Source: the human T2T-CHM13v2.0 reference genome, Homo sapiens
Assembly (NCBI RefSeq): GCF_009914755.1
Contig: NC_060939.1
Reading direction: 5' to 3' (one strand)
Length of the DNA: 64,000 bases
The position numbers and the translations under genes are program-made. A model generated the notes under the pieces. It was not told the origin of the DNA and did no database searches. It was given only the letters and a program-made list of their open reading frames with translations. Every line of letters begins with the position of its first letter. The first letter of the stretch is position 1. This document shows, piece after piece, positions 39,415 through 54,206 of this stretch.

Positions 39415-39966
39415 TGTATTAGTTGGGTTCTCCAGAGGAACAGAACCAATAGGATATAGGTATCCTGTATACGTATATGAGGAGATTTATTTTGGGAATT
39501 GGCACATATGATTATAGAGGCAGAGAATTCCTACAATATGCCATCTGCAAGCTGGAGGGCCAGGAAAGCCAGTGGTATAATTCAGTTTGAGTCCAAAAGC
39601 CTGAAAACCAGGAAGGCCAATGGTGTAACTCCCATTCCCAGGCTAAAGGCTGGGGTGCAGGAGCGGGGCATTGGTATAAGTCCTTAAGTTCAAAGAGATA
39701 TCCAAAGGTAGGAGAAGATGAATGTCCCGGCTCAAGGAAAGGGTGTGAATTCACCCTTACTCTAAGTTTTTTATTTGTCTGAGTCCTCAGTGGATTGGAC
39801 GATGCCTGCTCACACTGCTAAGGGCAGATCTTCTTTACTTGGTCTACTGATTCAAATGCTAATGTCTTCCAGAAACACCTCACAGACATACCCAGAAATA
39901 ATATTTTACCAGTTCTCTGAGCATCTCTTAGCCTAATGAAGTCAACACATGAACTCAACCATCACA
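39415..39966 (-). mobile_element. MLT2 (ERVL) solo LTR
   Basis: tgtattagttgggttctccagaggaacagaaccaatagga...aaccatcaca; TSD gttac/gctac. Confidence 0.9.
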
Positions 39967-42827
39967 GCTACATATTGTATTATACCATTCATTTGACATT
40001 TTGGAAAAGGTCCAGAGAGGTTATGTAACTTGTTTGCAGTCACACAGCTAGTAAGTGTTGGAGCTAGGATTCAGTCCAGGAAGTCTGTCTCAAAATCCAT
40101 TCATGTAATATTCACCATACTGCATCTACAGGAGAGGAGGAGAGGAGAGGAGGTGAAAGTAAGATGAGTTATTGACAAGCCAGAGCCTGTGGGGCAGGAG
40201 AAAAATGTAGAAAACGCACCGTGATACTCAGCTCTGAGCACTGACAGGGAGCTATGGGGAAGGGGGGACCAAGGAAGCTGCCGGTCCATATTGGCAGGCA
40301 GCAGAGTGGAGAGGTGTGGCTTATTTTTAGCAAGAGAAGCCCAGCAGCAGCATAGACAGCCTGAGATATGCATAAGTTGCTCTTCAGAAACAAGACCTAC
40401 ATGTGGCTGGTGAAGTGACACACTGAAAAAATGGGTGTCTGAAAGCAAGAGGCCACTGGGCAAACTTCAGATTTTTAAGAGGCAGCTTCACATCCATGAA
40501 AGAACAGCAATGCATTGCCAAACAGAAGACATGAGCAAACTTGTCCTGGCATTCTCATGTAAAATCCTAAGACTTTCTAGAGACCTCTGAGATCTCTGAG
40601 GCCTGCCCTTAGTCTCACCAAGCCAAATGTGTGCTGCAAAGACCAGAGAGAATAAGAGCCACTAGTGTGTAGAATCCAAGTCACCCCATTGCCAATAAAA
40701 TGTCTCCCCCAGGTAGCCACACAAGAAGAGAAGCCTCCTCCTATATTCAATCATGCCTTAATTGAGTCTATCCTTTGCCTAAATTTGAGAGAATCATGCA
40801 AATAGATCCTTTATTTTGCTGCCTACTCTGGAGTTTCCTTGCCTGCCTTTTTCTCCCCACTAGGAAACTGACATGAGAGTTGGGTTGTGGACCCAACTCT
40901 AACATTCTATCCCAAGAAGGAATTTCTGGGGTAGGGAAGGTTTCCCATCTATCAACGTAAAGACTTATGCTGCTCCTGAATTAGGGATTGTGCGAGGCCC
41001 CATGGGGCAGGCATTTGCTCAGCTTTCCAACATCCTGCAATCACACCACAAAGGGGTCCCCGTTCTACCTGGGGGTGGAGTTTTGAACACTTGGATGAAC
41101 TACCGTAGTCTTTTCCCTTTTGTTCACCATTAACCTACTCATTCCTTAATACCTGTACTTTGCCTCTATAGAGCCGAAGGAAGAGATCTCCTCAAGGTCA
41201 TTGGTGACCTCAGAATCCTTTGATCTCCCTTTAGTTCTTATGCTTTGTAGTGTCTATGCTATATTCAACATGGTTTCTCACCATCTCCTTCTTAAATCTG
41301 TCTTCTCCCCTGGCTTTCTTGATTCCATTTGGCTTGGGTTCTTCTCTTAACTCTTCAGTTGTGGCTGCTCTAGCTCCTTTGCGGACTTTTCCTTTCCATC
41401 ATTGGGTCCTATGCACAAGGCTTAGTTCTCAACTTAGCATTGGATTCTACCATGAAGAGGGAAGCAAAGCAGAATACTTCAGGGAGGGTTTCTGGGGGTC
41501 TCGGACAGCTTAGAGAACTAGGGTAAGGACTTCCGAATCAGAACTATAGGAAGGAACATGCAGAATAATCTGGCCTCTGGCACAGTTTTACCTTTACTTG
41601 GAGGATTAGGCTTATTAAAGAGCAATTTTATTTTTGCTTATTTTTCAAAAAAAGGAAACTATACATTCTGACTTTGATATTTCAGTATCGTGGCTGAAAT
41701 TGCTGATTTATCTTGTCTCAAGAACAGATCTGGCAGCTAAAGTTCTATGATGCATATTTTTGTAAATATAAATATATCATAGCTAAGCCTCTTTAAAGAA
41801 CTGGTATCAAGGGACAGAAAAGGCTCCATTCTAATTGGGTGAGCATTTTACATGAAGTTATGTTTTAAGAGATGCCACTGCCCTATGGTAAATCTGAATC
41901 AACATAGTAGCAAGGGCATGCTCTAACACTGTTCAGCTAGATAATAAAATATTCTATGTTTGGTTTAAGATACACCAGGGTGATTTTAAGCATCATTTTC
42001 TTCATGAATGCAGTTAATGTTAACTATTACAATCCCTCTCTGTCTCTCCAATGAGGTTTCCCATGGTTGCATTAAGAAGGAAAGCAAATGAAATTTGTGT
42101 TAAGACTCAATAACCTTTTAATTCACCGAATTAAGGATTTCCCAATTAGAGGCAAAAGGCAGATCCAGGAAAAGAAATGTGTGAGTATTTACTTTCTGTT
42201 TAAAGACTTTTTGGATTAAAAGATATTGGAACAGATAACACCACAAAATTAGTTTTTGCTGTGATGGCAAGGTTAAGACTTCTGCTGTTGCTAGGATATA
42301 CCGCCCTATCACAGCTGATCTTGACGGTGAAAATTGGTGTCTTAATTTCCCAGTGGTCCGTGCTACTTCTGACTTCGGCCTCATTCTGGCTAATCACACT
42401 GTCATTCTCACTGCAGATTGCCTTTTGACATCTTCATCTGCAAAAGGATCCTGCAGCCAAGATTCAGTATGTGGAGTCAATTCAACATCTCTTCAGTAGT
42501 CAAGACCTCCTTACTGGTCTCTGGGACGTGGTGCTGATGGGGGAGGAAAGGAGCTTAGGAAGGATGTGTGTCACAGCTGGCAGAGAGGTTGGAAGGAAAA
42601 CAATATTTCTCTTTGTGCACATGGGGCTATGACTGCAAGCTATATGCAAATGCAATTATGGAGAGGATCTTAATGTGCAAAGTTAAAGTCTGTAATAATT
42701 AGAGCCAGTGAGGTAAGGGGAAAAATCTATTACTTACATTTTTTAATCCAAGGAAGATAGAAAAATCAGGTGTATTGTGTTTGAAAATCTAGCTTTCATC
42801 AACCCCATATTTTATATCTGCAGCCAG

Positions 42828-43597
<770 letters not shown>

Positions 43598-44289
43598 GTC
43601 AATAATGTGTGAATAAATGTCCCCAGTATTTTCACTGGATATAAAAACAATAAGGATCACCATGAGAAAACCCAGGGAATTCCAGAGCTACAATCTGGCC
43701 AAAGGGTAAAATGCACAGACCTGAGTGAAGAACTCAAGCTTGAGTTTTAAGGGAGAGTTCTAATAAGATCTTGGTAGATCCCTCAAACGAAGAGCTTTAG
43801 ACTTTATATATTTTTCCCCTAGGGTATTTGAATATTACTGTTATTGCTGGAAAGACCATTTCATTCCTTCTTAATATTGATATACTCTTTTATAAAGAGT
43901 TCTGGGAAATTACCTAGATGGAATGAAAGAAAAATATGGCTCAACCCATTAACTCAACATGTTACCCTGAGCAAGTCACTTAACCTTTTTCAGGGCTTCT
44001 ACAAAATGAGTGGATGAAGCTGTGGGTGTTCTAGGGTTCCATCCCAATCAAGAGTTATATGATCAACACATGAGATTTGAAGTGGTGATGTTTAGTATCT
44101 CCCCATATTGGCATGTCATATATATCATCTCCTTAGGACTAGGGAAGACTCACAGTTAAGGAAAAGTCCCCACCTCAAAGAAATTATAAATATACCAGTA
44201 TGGGAGAACAGCTTCAGAGGGCTTTATGGGTTCTCAAAGAGTTGCCTATTTCCTCTCCTCAAACCTTTAGTATTTCAGTTTTCATGCAA

Positions 44290-44540
44290 TACTAACAGAA
44301 TTGACATTTTTGAGCACTTGCTATATGCATTATATGAATTACTTTAATACAGATTATCTTAGGTCATTATATTCTGTAAGGTAGGTATTGTTATCATTCC
44401 AATTGCACAGATGAGGAAACTAAAGTCCAGAGAAGCACAGTAGCTGTACAAGTGGACAGAGCTGATAAGAGGTAAAGTCTGGATTTGAACCCCAGTCTGT
44501 CTCACTGCTGGTCTGGGACTTTCCCCTTTATAGCACTGCC
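44290..44540 (-). mobile_element. MIR
   Basis: cagatgaggaaactaaag...ggatttgaaccccagtctgtct. Confidence 0.85.
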
Positions 44541-46149
44541 TCTTAATAGATGGCAAATGCACAACAGGTCTGATTTCAATAACTCCAAATGTTAAACAGA
44601 TGTGTACATTTATTCTACAGAGGCCAGCAGTGAAAATATTCACTGTGATCATCTTGTTCTGTGTAATAGAGGGCTAATTTTCAATAACAAACCTCTCTGG
44701 AATGCTAATGAGTCATGCCTCCGGGATAGAGTGCACAAGGCAAGGGGCCCTGGCTGTGAATAGACCTCACCATGCAGTGGGTCCCTCCCAGCTACTTGTC
44801 CTCCTTCCTTATTGCCCTATTGATTGGCCTCTTTCATTTACAAAGAATGCAGCACTTGAAGAAGAAGATAAATGGCTGTGAGTGTCTGCCCTGATCCCCT
44901 TCCTTCCTTCCTGCTATTGACTGAAGAAACCTGAAGTACTGGGTTAGGGGGCCAGTGGGTAGACACGTCTTCCAATGCGCAAAAACTGGGAGTCCAAACC
45001 AACAAAGAAGCAAAAGCAAATCCAAGCCAGCCACTGACTTTTCCTTCCTTTGCCTGCAGTTGAGGAAACACCTCCTTATGGCCTTGTCCTTTTTATAGAC
45101 TAGATGGATTTCTTAGTTATAGTTGAGGTAGACAGCTAAGATGCTTGTTCAACTTTCTTTTTAAAATTAGCATATTGGGAAGTCCAAGAAAGTACTACAG
45201 GGCATATTCTTTTCTGAATGAAAGAAAATATTCTCCAAATCAGATTATCCCTTCATTTTTTATTAACCTTCTGTTTCTGAAATGTCTGTTGGGTCCTCAG
45301 AACTTATAAGGGGCTTGACCCCTTTCTTCCATAGGGCCCAGTCAGTGCAGCTTTAGCATGTGCGGCTCAGAGATCATTGTTAACTCATCTGTAATAACTC
45401 CCCAAATAGCATGCACAGTGTGCCGACGAGGGTTTGCATATAGCGAGAAGAGATCATTTTAGAAGATAATGAGAATTGGTCCCTTCACAAACAGCATGTG
45501 GGGCAGAAACAGCTGAGATCATTAAGGAAATTTCAGAAGAGGATACACGCTAGCCCTCATCCCAGGTGGTCAATTCTCTTTCCTTTGTGTGTTGAGTTTG
45601 TCTTCGCTTTGGCACCGTGACTAAACAACCCACCCAAAATGAATCTGTTTTTCACTGACACAAATTTTGTAACCTAGATTCAGTCCTTTGGGCTCTGGCA
45701 AATTTCAAGAGCTGCTTCCAGCTAACCATGTGTTTCCATGGTCAATGCAGTCAGGTGGACAGAATTCGTTTTTCCAGTACATCCCACCCGTGTGCGCTGC
45801 AGTTTTTAATCCATGAATCGCCACAGCACAAGTCCTTTAACTGTTTACAAGCCACACACTCAGAATAGATGTAAAAATCAGCATTGATTTTTACTTTAAG
45901 CTTAGAAAGGTTCACTTACTTTTTCTGTAGCGGATGCTGCCAATAATTGCACTTGTGGCAGAGCTGTGCCAAGTGTTCCGGATCAGCCAAGGCATCTGAA
46001 ATAGGAGGAATCATCTGGGTTAGAAATTGCAGTTTATTTCTCCTCCCTTCAGTGTAGGCTTCAACATTTATCATTCACTTTGCTACACCTCCATAGTAAT
46101 AATGTAAGAGTTATGTAGCGCAAGAGTTATTTCTGTACTTTTCTTTTAA

Positions 46150-46420
46150 AAATAATGATAGCAATGACCTCTTACGTAGCACTTTTCAGCAAATAATGTA
46201 TACATTTACTTTAATATACAAAGAGACTACACAGAATTTTTTAAACAACCTTGTGAGGTAGAATTATTCTCTTCTCTCTACTTACAGAAGAGAAAACTGA
46301 GGCTCAGAGAGGTTGAGTAATTTACACAAAATCACACAGCTAGTAAAGGGCAGACCTGAAACACAAGGCAGGCCATTTAATGTCAGAGTCAAGGCTCTTT
46401 CCATTATTCTATGCTGCCTT
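46150..46420 (-). mobile_element. MIR
   Basis: gaaaactgaggctcagagaggttgagtaatttacacaaaatcacacagctagt. Confidence 0.85.
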
Positions 46421-48079
46421 CTAATAACACTTTCAAAGAGCAAGTTTTTGCCTCTAAAACCTAGTAATAGCCTTTTCAACATGCTGAAGTCCAAGTCAGA
46501 GGATCGGGGGCATATACCATCCAGGCCATATTCACAAAGAGTAGACAGCCACAGAGAAAGGCAAAGCATACAAATGGCTACTTTGAAGCCCAGCTATTAA
46601 TATGGATTACTGCACAGCTGATGGCATCCGAGGACAGCCACGTCAATTTAGCAACAAGCAGTGATGATCTGCGTGAGCTCTGCTGTCATCCATTCTGCAC
46701 ATGCCTAAAGGTGGGCAAACTTGCCATCTGAAAAATAGTGGGGTGCACAGCTTAGGTACCTCCCTGGTAGTGCACAAAAGCCTCTGATCTGGCCTTCTGC
46801 ACAGTTGCAGAGTGTTCAGAAAGCTTGGAATGGCTCTTTGAGAGGGTCTGGACAAGGTTTGGATCATTTGGGAAGGAATGTGGCTTGCAGAATGGGCTCA
46901 GCAAGGACTGGCCTCTCCTGGGGAGTCCTGCACCATTCCTGCACTCTCTATCCTCTGCCTCCCCATCCCCCACAGCTGCCACGGAGCTGACAATAAAAAA
47001 CGATGCCCTAGGCTGTCCTGTTTTTATTATTAGTTATATGGCATCATAAATGTACATCGAGATGTTCAGTAAATGAAATTGTGCCAAACACCAAACAGGG
47101 CCACTGCCCCAAAGATCTTTTGGCTTTAGGGCAATGGCAGAACAATATAAGAGAAACAAAGGGGACTGAGAGCCAGATGAGGTGAGGTTTTAGTACTGTT
47201 TGACCTTTCAGAGGAGGAGGATCTGGCAGCCCAGGAAACTGAGAGGTACAGCATAGGAAATGCCTGACAGCTCAAATGGGCTTTGAGGCCAGCAGTTCAG
47301 GGTCCCAGGGATGGATAGGAGATGATTTTGGAAAGTCAAGGAAATTTGGCCCTTATGTTATTTAATAAGATAAATGCAAAAGGGTGGAGGTAGGTGAGAC
47401 TATTTGCTCCTAATCATGAGCAATCTGACTTAGATAGTAGGGGCATAAGCAGAAGATTCGCCCTCTTTGTGTCCCTTTAGCTTCCACGTAGTAATAAATT
47501 GCACAGACTTCTCCAGCAGATGCAATGTGTAAATATAGGACAATAACTGGAAATTTATGAGGTTAAATACTGAGGAATTGCTGAGTAGTAAAATGAAGAG
47601 ACATAAATTACAGGAAATGCTGCCCTTCGATGAATACATTATGCATAATAATGAAACCTTTAAAAGGCAATAGTAACCAAATATCAGAAGAGGGTCTAAA
47701 AGGAGAAAAGCCACACAAAGAACTGGGACTAGGACAGTCCAAAGACAGAGCTACTTTATCACTATTAAGTAGTCATATCAGTTCTCTTAGATTTCTGTAG
47801 CTCTTAAGGGAGGACGAAGTGGAATACTTATTTAAAAGAGGTTATCTGGTGTGTAAAGAGTGTAGGGAGTATGGTCTGAAGAGCCACTGTGCTTCACTGC
47901 CCATGTAGCTTGGCTTTATGAACCTGTTATTCCATCTACAAAATGGTTTTAATAAACCCATTTCATGGAATTGTAAACATTGAAAAGTACAAAATGTGAA
48001 ACACATAGCCCAGCATATAGGAATTTTTTTAAAAAAAATGAGTTCCCTGTAAGACTGATACCAAATGTTAATAAAGGTT

Positions 48080-49080
48080 TAGCAAAATACAGATGAGAAA
48101 GATGGGTCTCGCTAGAGAGATTAGGAAAGATTTAGGCAGGGAAGCATTTGAAAACTGGTTAGGTATTGATGAAGAGACGGGAAGAGTATGAATCAAGGCA
48201 AGGAAGAGAGAAAGGACAAGGAGTTTTCTGGAACTAAAAGGCAGGGGAAATAGATGACAGTAAGGAAAAGGATCTTGGTGCCCAAATCCTGTAGGGTCTT
48301 GACTGGAATGCCAAGTCATCTGGCCTTTGTTCTCTAGGCACTGGGCAGGCATCAGAGGTATAGGAACAGGGGGTCATATGGTCAGAGAGGTATTTATGGA
48401 AGATTATTCTGGCACAGTGCAAAACCATATTGGCATTGGGAAGGACTAGAAGCAGGGAAGCCAAATAGGGGACTGCAGCAGGGATATAGGGAAGGAAGCA
48501 CGAATGAGAGTTGGAGCTAGGACAGAGGCAGAGGGGATAGAAAAGAGGAGACAAATGTGGGACATGGAGGATGCTGATCTGGCAGCATTTGGCTATTAAT
48601 GGATTATGGAATAATGGAAAGCAAGGAGTATAAGATGGCTCTGAAATTTGAAATCTAGGAGACCAAGGATCTGGTGATGTCATTAATAAAAATGAAGAGG
48701 ATGGGAAGAAGATGAAAGAAAATTTTAGATCTATCAAGTCTGGGGTACCCATAGCATTTCCAAGAACTGTTGAAGAGGCCACTGGAAATGTAGTCCTGGG
48801 GCTTGAGCCTGAACTGGCACCCATGTCATTGACATCTCAGTCCTAGTTGAACCATGGCACTGAGTGGGACATCCATTGGAGAGAGAATGGGGTGGGGATG
48901 AAAGAAAGTAGAAACAAGGGGAAGAGAGAACTAGGGCAAATGGCAGGAACTGTGTCTGCCTCAGGCAGGACAAGGAGAGAGCAAAGAAAGTAGAGACAGA
49001 GCATGACAGAGATGGAACAAGGAGGGTGTTTCCATGTGACAGCCAGCAGCAGCATCAAAAGTTAGAGAAGGGCAGAGGTG
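48080..49080 (-). mobile_element. L2 fragment
   Basis: purine-rich L2 antisense; ORF 48234-48824 has the S/P/L/F-rich composition typical of decayed L2. Confidence 0.7.
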
Positions 49081-50799
49081 GGTGCGAGCTGAGAAGGAAC
49101 CACGGGACTCAGTGACTTTGGTAACAAGTAGTTATTTCTTGCCCTTTCCCAAAATGTATTTGAAGATACTTAAAAGATTATAACACACATTAAGTAGGAG
49201 AACTGAAATAAACATTTTAAGAAGACAGCTCAATAATGAACTAGAAGGTGGCACTAGAAGTGAGTTAAGTGCTGCAGTTGAGCACTAGATTTAGCACTGA
49301 GTTTCTTGGCAGGTAGGAGATTTAGAAGTCATGGTATGCCTTTAAGGGTTCAGTTTCATTGGGGGTAAGAAACACACAACTTACACGACTTAGGATAGAA
49401 AGGGATGTAGGGTAGGGGGTGAGAAAGGAAGTGGAAGAGCAAGTCCAGACAAACCTTAAGAGTGGTTTTGTGGTGTAGAGAAGGAGAAAGGAGGACAGTA
49501 TCAGTGTCTGGGATAGGACGTAGATTGTAGTGACAAAGGTAGAAAAAGAATAAACAGATACACTGTGCCAAGCACATGAGATAGACAAAAACAGTTTCTC
49601 GTATACTCTTTCTATAAGAATATGCTCATTAAGAGGTATAGGAAATCAGAAAGACCAGTGTGAGAAAACGTTACACAGAAGACAGCCTCTCACTTAGACA
49701 TAGGTCAAGATGTGGGGAAATAACATTTTTTTAGGAATGAGGGCTGGGGTACAGCCAGAGGAAAGGTGCTGATGTATGACAAAGCATGGTGCCTCTTGAG
49801 TGGCAAAGAGTCTGTTTCTTATAACACATTCAATGGTCTCCCTCTGGGGTTCCACTCAACACAAAGGTTTTCTAACTCCATGGATGATGAACAGTTGAGC
49901 AAAGACATTTCTCTGGTGCATCACTGGGAGAACTTGTCCAAGGTCCTGAAGATAGAGGATCCCAGCAACTATGACTTGAAAGTGAGGTGGCTGGGGAAAT
50001 CCAGTGCAAGGGAAGTACTGGGGCTTCCCCCTAGTCAAGGAGTGCAAATTCTCTACAGGCCTTGGGCCTCCTTCTCTCCTCTCTCCCACAGTTTCGTGTC
50101 CATAGGCTTGAGGATTGGGGGACCCTGAGGGACATAAGAACACCTCCTCCCTGGGCTTCCAGCTCCCTTTTCCTATTCCTCGAAGCCTTGTCTGGTGGTT
50201 TTAGGAACCTTTTATGAATCACAGAACAGTTTCAGCTTTTTTTCTGACTCCATATGACATGATCTAAAAGTACTGTCACCCTTATTGTTATTTTTTTAAA
50301 TTTGGAAATTAAATGATAAAAAAGAAGTGAAGTTATTCACATTTAATGTATCAGCAATAGCCATTTGTTGGAATATTTGAAAAGTCTTTGATGTTATTTT
50401 ATTGGATGCTTTTGTTTAAATGTTTGAAACTCTGGTAAAATATTTTAAGGTGGAAATTCAAATAGTTACTGTTACATCTTTTTTTCAGTTGGAGCCCCTG
50501 ATCATTTTACGGATGAGATTATTTGAGTTTGAGGTTCAAAGAGGTTAAATGACTCACCTCACACTGGGTAGGGTCAGAAGTTGCCTCCAGGAACTTCTGA
50601 CTTAAACATCTGTTTTCTTTCCACTATGTCACACTGACTCCTGTAGCAGAGACAGATAGTCAGGGATGGAGCCATGAATTGGGCTGCTTCTCCCTTAAGT
50701 TCTCAGAATGGTTGACTGTGACTCTGAGCACCTGTGCTATGCTTATGTAGCAAATAAAGTGCATGTGTGCATCCCCGATGGGTATTTGTGCCACCCCCA

Positions 50800-50920
50800 A
50801 AAGTGTTATATAGAAATGGGGTTAGATTTGTTCCATAATTTCTAACAGGTAGACCTTGGACTAGTGGGACCAATTTTAGCTTAATATAAGAAAGAGCTTT
50901 CTAACAGAGTAGCCCATTGT
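50800..50920 (+). mobile_element. L3/CR1 fragment
   Basis: ttttagcttaatataagaaagagctttctaac. Confidence 0.6.
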
Positions 50921-51190
50921 ATGTGAAAGTGCAAAGGAAGAATCACAAGTGGGGACATACAGTGTATCCAGAAATGAGGTAAATAATAATAGGTACTATT
51001 ATACCCCCATCATACAGATGAGGAAATTGAGCTATGATACCATCAGGCAACTTGGCCAAGCTGGGGCTGAAATTTTTCCCAGTTTGGCCTAAATCTCCTT
51101 TCAGGCAAAGAAAGTAGGGCCAGTGAGAAGGGGCTAAGGTGCTGTTACGTATCACAGTTTATTTTTTCCCATTCCATACCTGAATTCTAA

Positions 51191-51772
<582 letters not shown>

Positions 51773-51879
51773 TCTCTATTCTTTCATAGCAGTCCTTTCA
51801 CCAAGACATTACATGGAGTACCTCTGAATCATGACCCAACTAATTTGCCCGGCTGTTTCTTCACAATTATTCATTTATC

Positions 51880-52420
51880 TAATTATTCATCTCACAAGCA
51901 TTTATTGAGCATCCCTCATTCTAAATATGATGCTAAACCCTGGAGATGCAGTGATGACTAGGACATGGTTTCTACCCTCGAAGGGCTTCCAGTTATCACA
52001 AGAAGTAGTTAGATAAGCCCACAAGAAATGATCACATTCAGACTATGATGAAATACCTTAAGAGAGGCAGGCACAAGCAAAATGCTATGAGATTTGAAGA
52101 TGGAAATAGGAAATAATTTTTAATGGAGGTGGAGGATCCGAAAAGACTTCATGAAAACAAAAACACACAAAAAAATTGTGTTTTGAAAAAATGTACCAGA
52201 TTTCGGGAGAGACAGGAAGAAATGATCTGAGCCATGGTCTTGATAAATAAACAAATGGCATGCTGGGAAACTGACAGTAAAGGACATGTGAGTGGGAATT
52301 GAGGAAGATAAGGTTGCAACGTCATGCTGGGACTGAAATGTGAGCCATCTTGAATATTGTGGACATTTAACTCGACTTGGAGGATGAAAGGAGGTATCTT
52401 CAAGTGAGATCCCAAAGCCA
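51880..52420 (-). mobile_element. L2 fragment
   Basis: caagcatttattgagcatc...ctggagatgcagtgatgactaggacatgg. Confidence 0.65.
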
Positions 52421-52469
52421 GACAGATTTATAGACTTTTAAACAGCAAACAGATGCTAGACCTGGCAGT

Positions 52470-52700
52470 CAGGAGGCCACCGTTCTGTGCAGTGGCTATT
52501 CACACATGCCTGGGAGTCAGCCAGACCCACTTGGAATCCTGACCCCTTCCCTGCTAGCTCTGCAGCAAGTTATTTTGTCTTTGGGCCTCAATTTCCTTAT
52601 CTGTAACGTGGGAAAAATAACGTCTACTTTGTAAGTTTGTTGGGCAGATTTATACAGAAATGTCTTGGCAGATAATAAGCCCCCCATGAATGGTAGCAAA
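52470..52700 (+). mobile_element. MIR
   Basis: ggagtcagccagaccc...gggcctcaatttccttatctgtaa. Confidence 0.75.
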
Positions 52701-53837
52701 ACCCGAATTAGGACTGGCTCACTGAATAATTGGGTCTCACCTGCTCATCAGCTTCTCTGGAGAACCTGTTAACTGCCTTGTGCCTGGGTTTTTATCATCT
52801 CTCCCATGTTTGGTGTACTCTGAAGAAAAACATCATCAGATTAGAAGATTTTGCTTCCTTTTTCCCGTGGCAAGCTCAAGGCTACTGGCATATTTCCCCT
52901 GTGATAGGTTTTCTCTGTGGGCTGCACCCATACCACACAGCCAGGATGATTACACAGGACTGACCTCAAGGCTTCGCCTGGGGACCAAAATGAACTCTAG
53001 GGGGAGGGGAAAAAGCAATTAACTGCTCTGTGTTTAAGACAAAAATAATGGTAAGAAAGCCATCTCAAGTGACTGTTCATGAATTGGCCTTAAGACACAC
53101 TGACCAAGGTGTCATGCTTTCAAGAGAGAGACGGTGACACCTCTGAGGTTCATATCTTTTCCAGATTTGATGTGGCTCATAAATGCACAGCAGAGCCTAT
53201 CACCTGTGCTTTCCTTCATATGCTGTGATTATGTGTTCAGTAAATTGCATCAAGACTGTAAAGACTTTGTTGTGAAATCAAGCAACATTAACTCATTAAG
53301 TCAATAATTCATGGACTCTTTTATCTAAAGTGGCAACATCACACCATCAATTCACAAAACAGCCACTTCTCTGAAGTGTATGTGATGATAATAATGGATT
53401 TTCTAACAATACCCTCTCAAAGCAAGGTCACTGTGCCCAGATGCTGTGGACATGCCGATCTGACCTAGGTCAGCAAAACAAGCTTTATTATTGAACCTAA
53501 TTATGAACTATCAAGATAATGGTTTAGACTAAACTGTTTCCTAGGGGATTATTTAGAAACTAGTGAGCCATTTTAGTTTTAAATCTACTGTACTTGGCAG
53601 TACCTGTGATGATGCAGGAAATGTTTTTGCTACATAGAATGAACTACAATTGACACAAATATTTTGGAATCTTAGAAATAGTAGCAATATTGTACAATGT
53701 TATACTTTACTTGTACATAATTTTCAGATTGCTATCTGTTATATACAATCTTACTCACAAATACCTATGTAGGTATAGTTCCAATAATCAAAACTTACAA
53801 TGAAGAAACCAATTCCAAGTGTTTATCAGTTCTGTAA

Positions 53838-54206
<369 letters not shown>

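Larger units (their letters stand above)
37865..40010 (+). mobile_element. L1MB/MC-like ORF2 end and 3'UTR hosting nested AluY, two MADE1 pieces and MLT2
   Basis: aaaacttctgctctttgaaagacac; tatgtccacacaaaaacttgcac; L1 sequence resumes after each insert. Confidence 0.85.

Noticed and set aside
48234-48824. 196-aa ORF
   Set aside because: Lies in a decayed L2 element; compositionally biased.
49766-50128. 120-aa protein-like ORF
   Set aside because: No homology I can recognise and no convincing splice sites; needs BLASTX/PhyloCSF before any claim.
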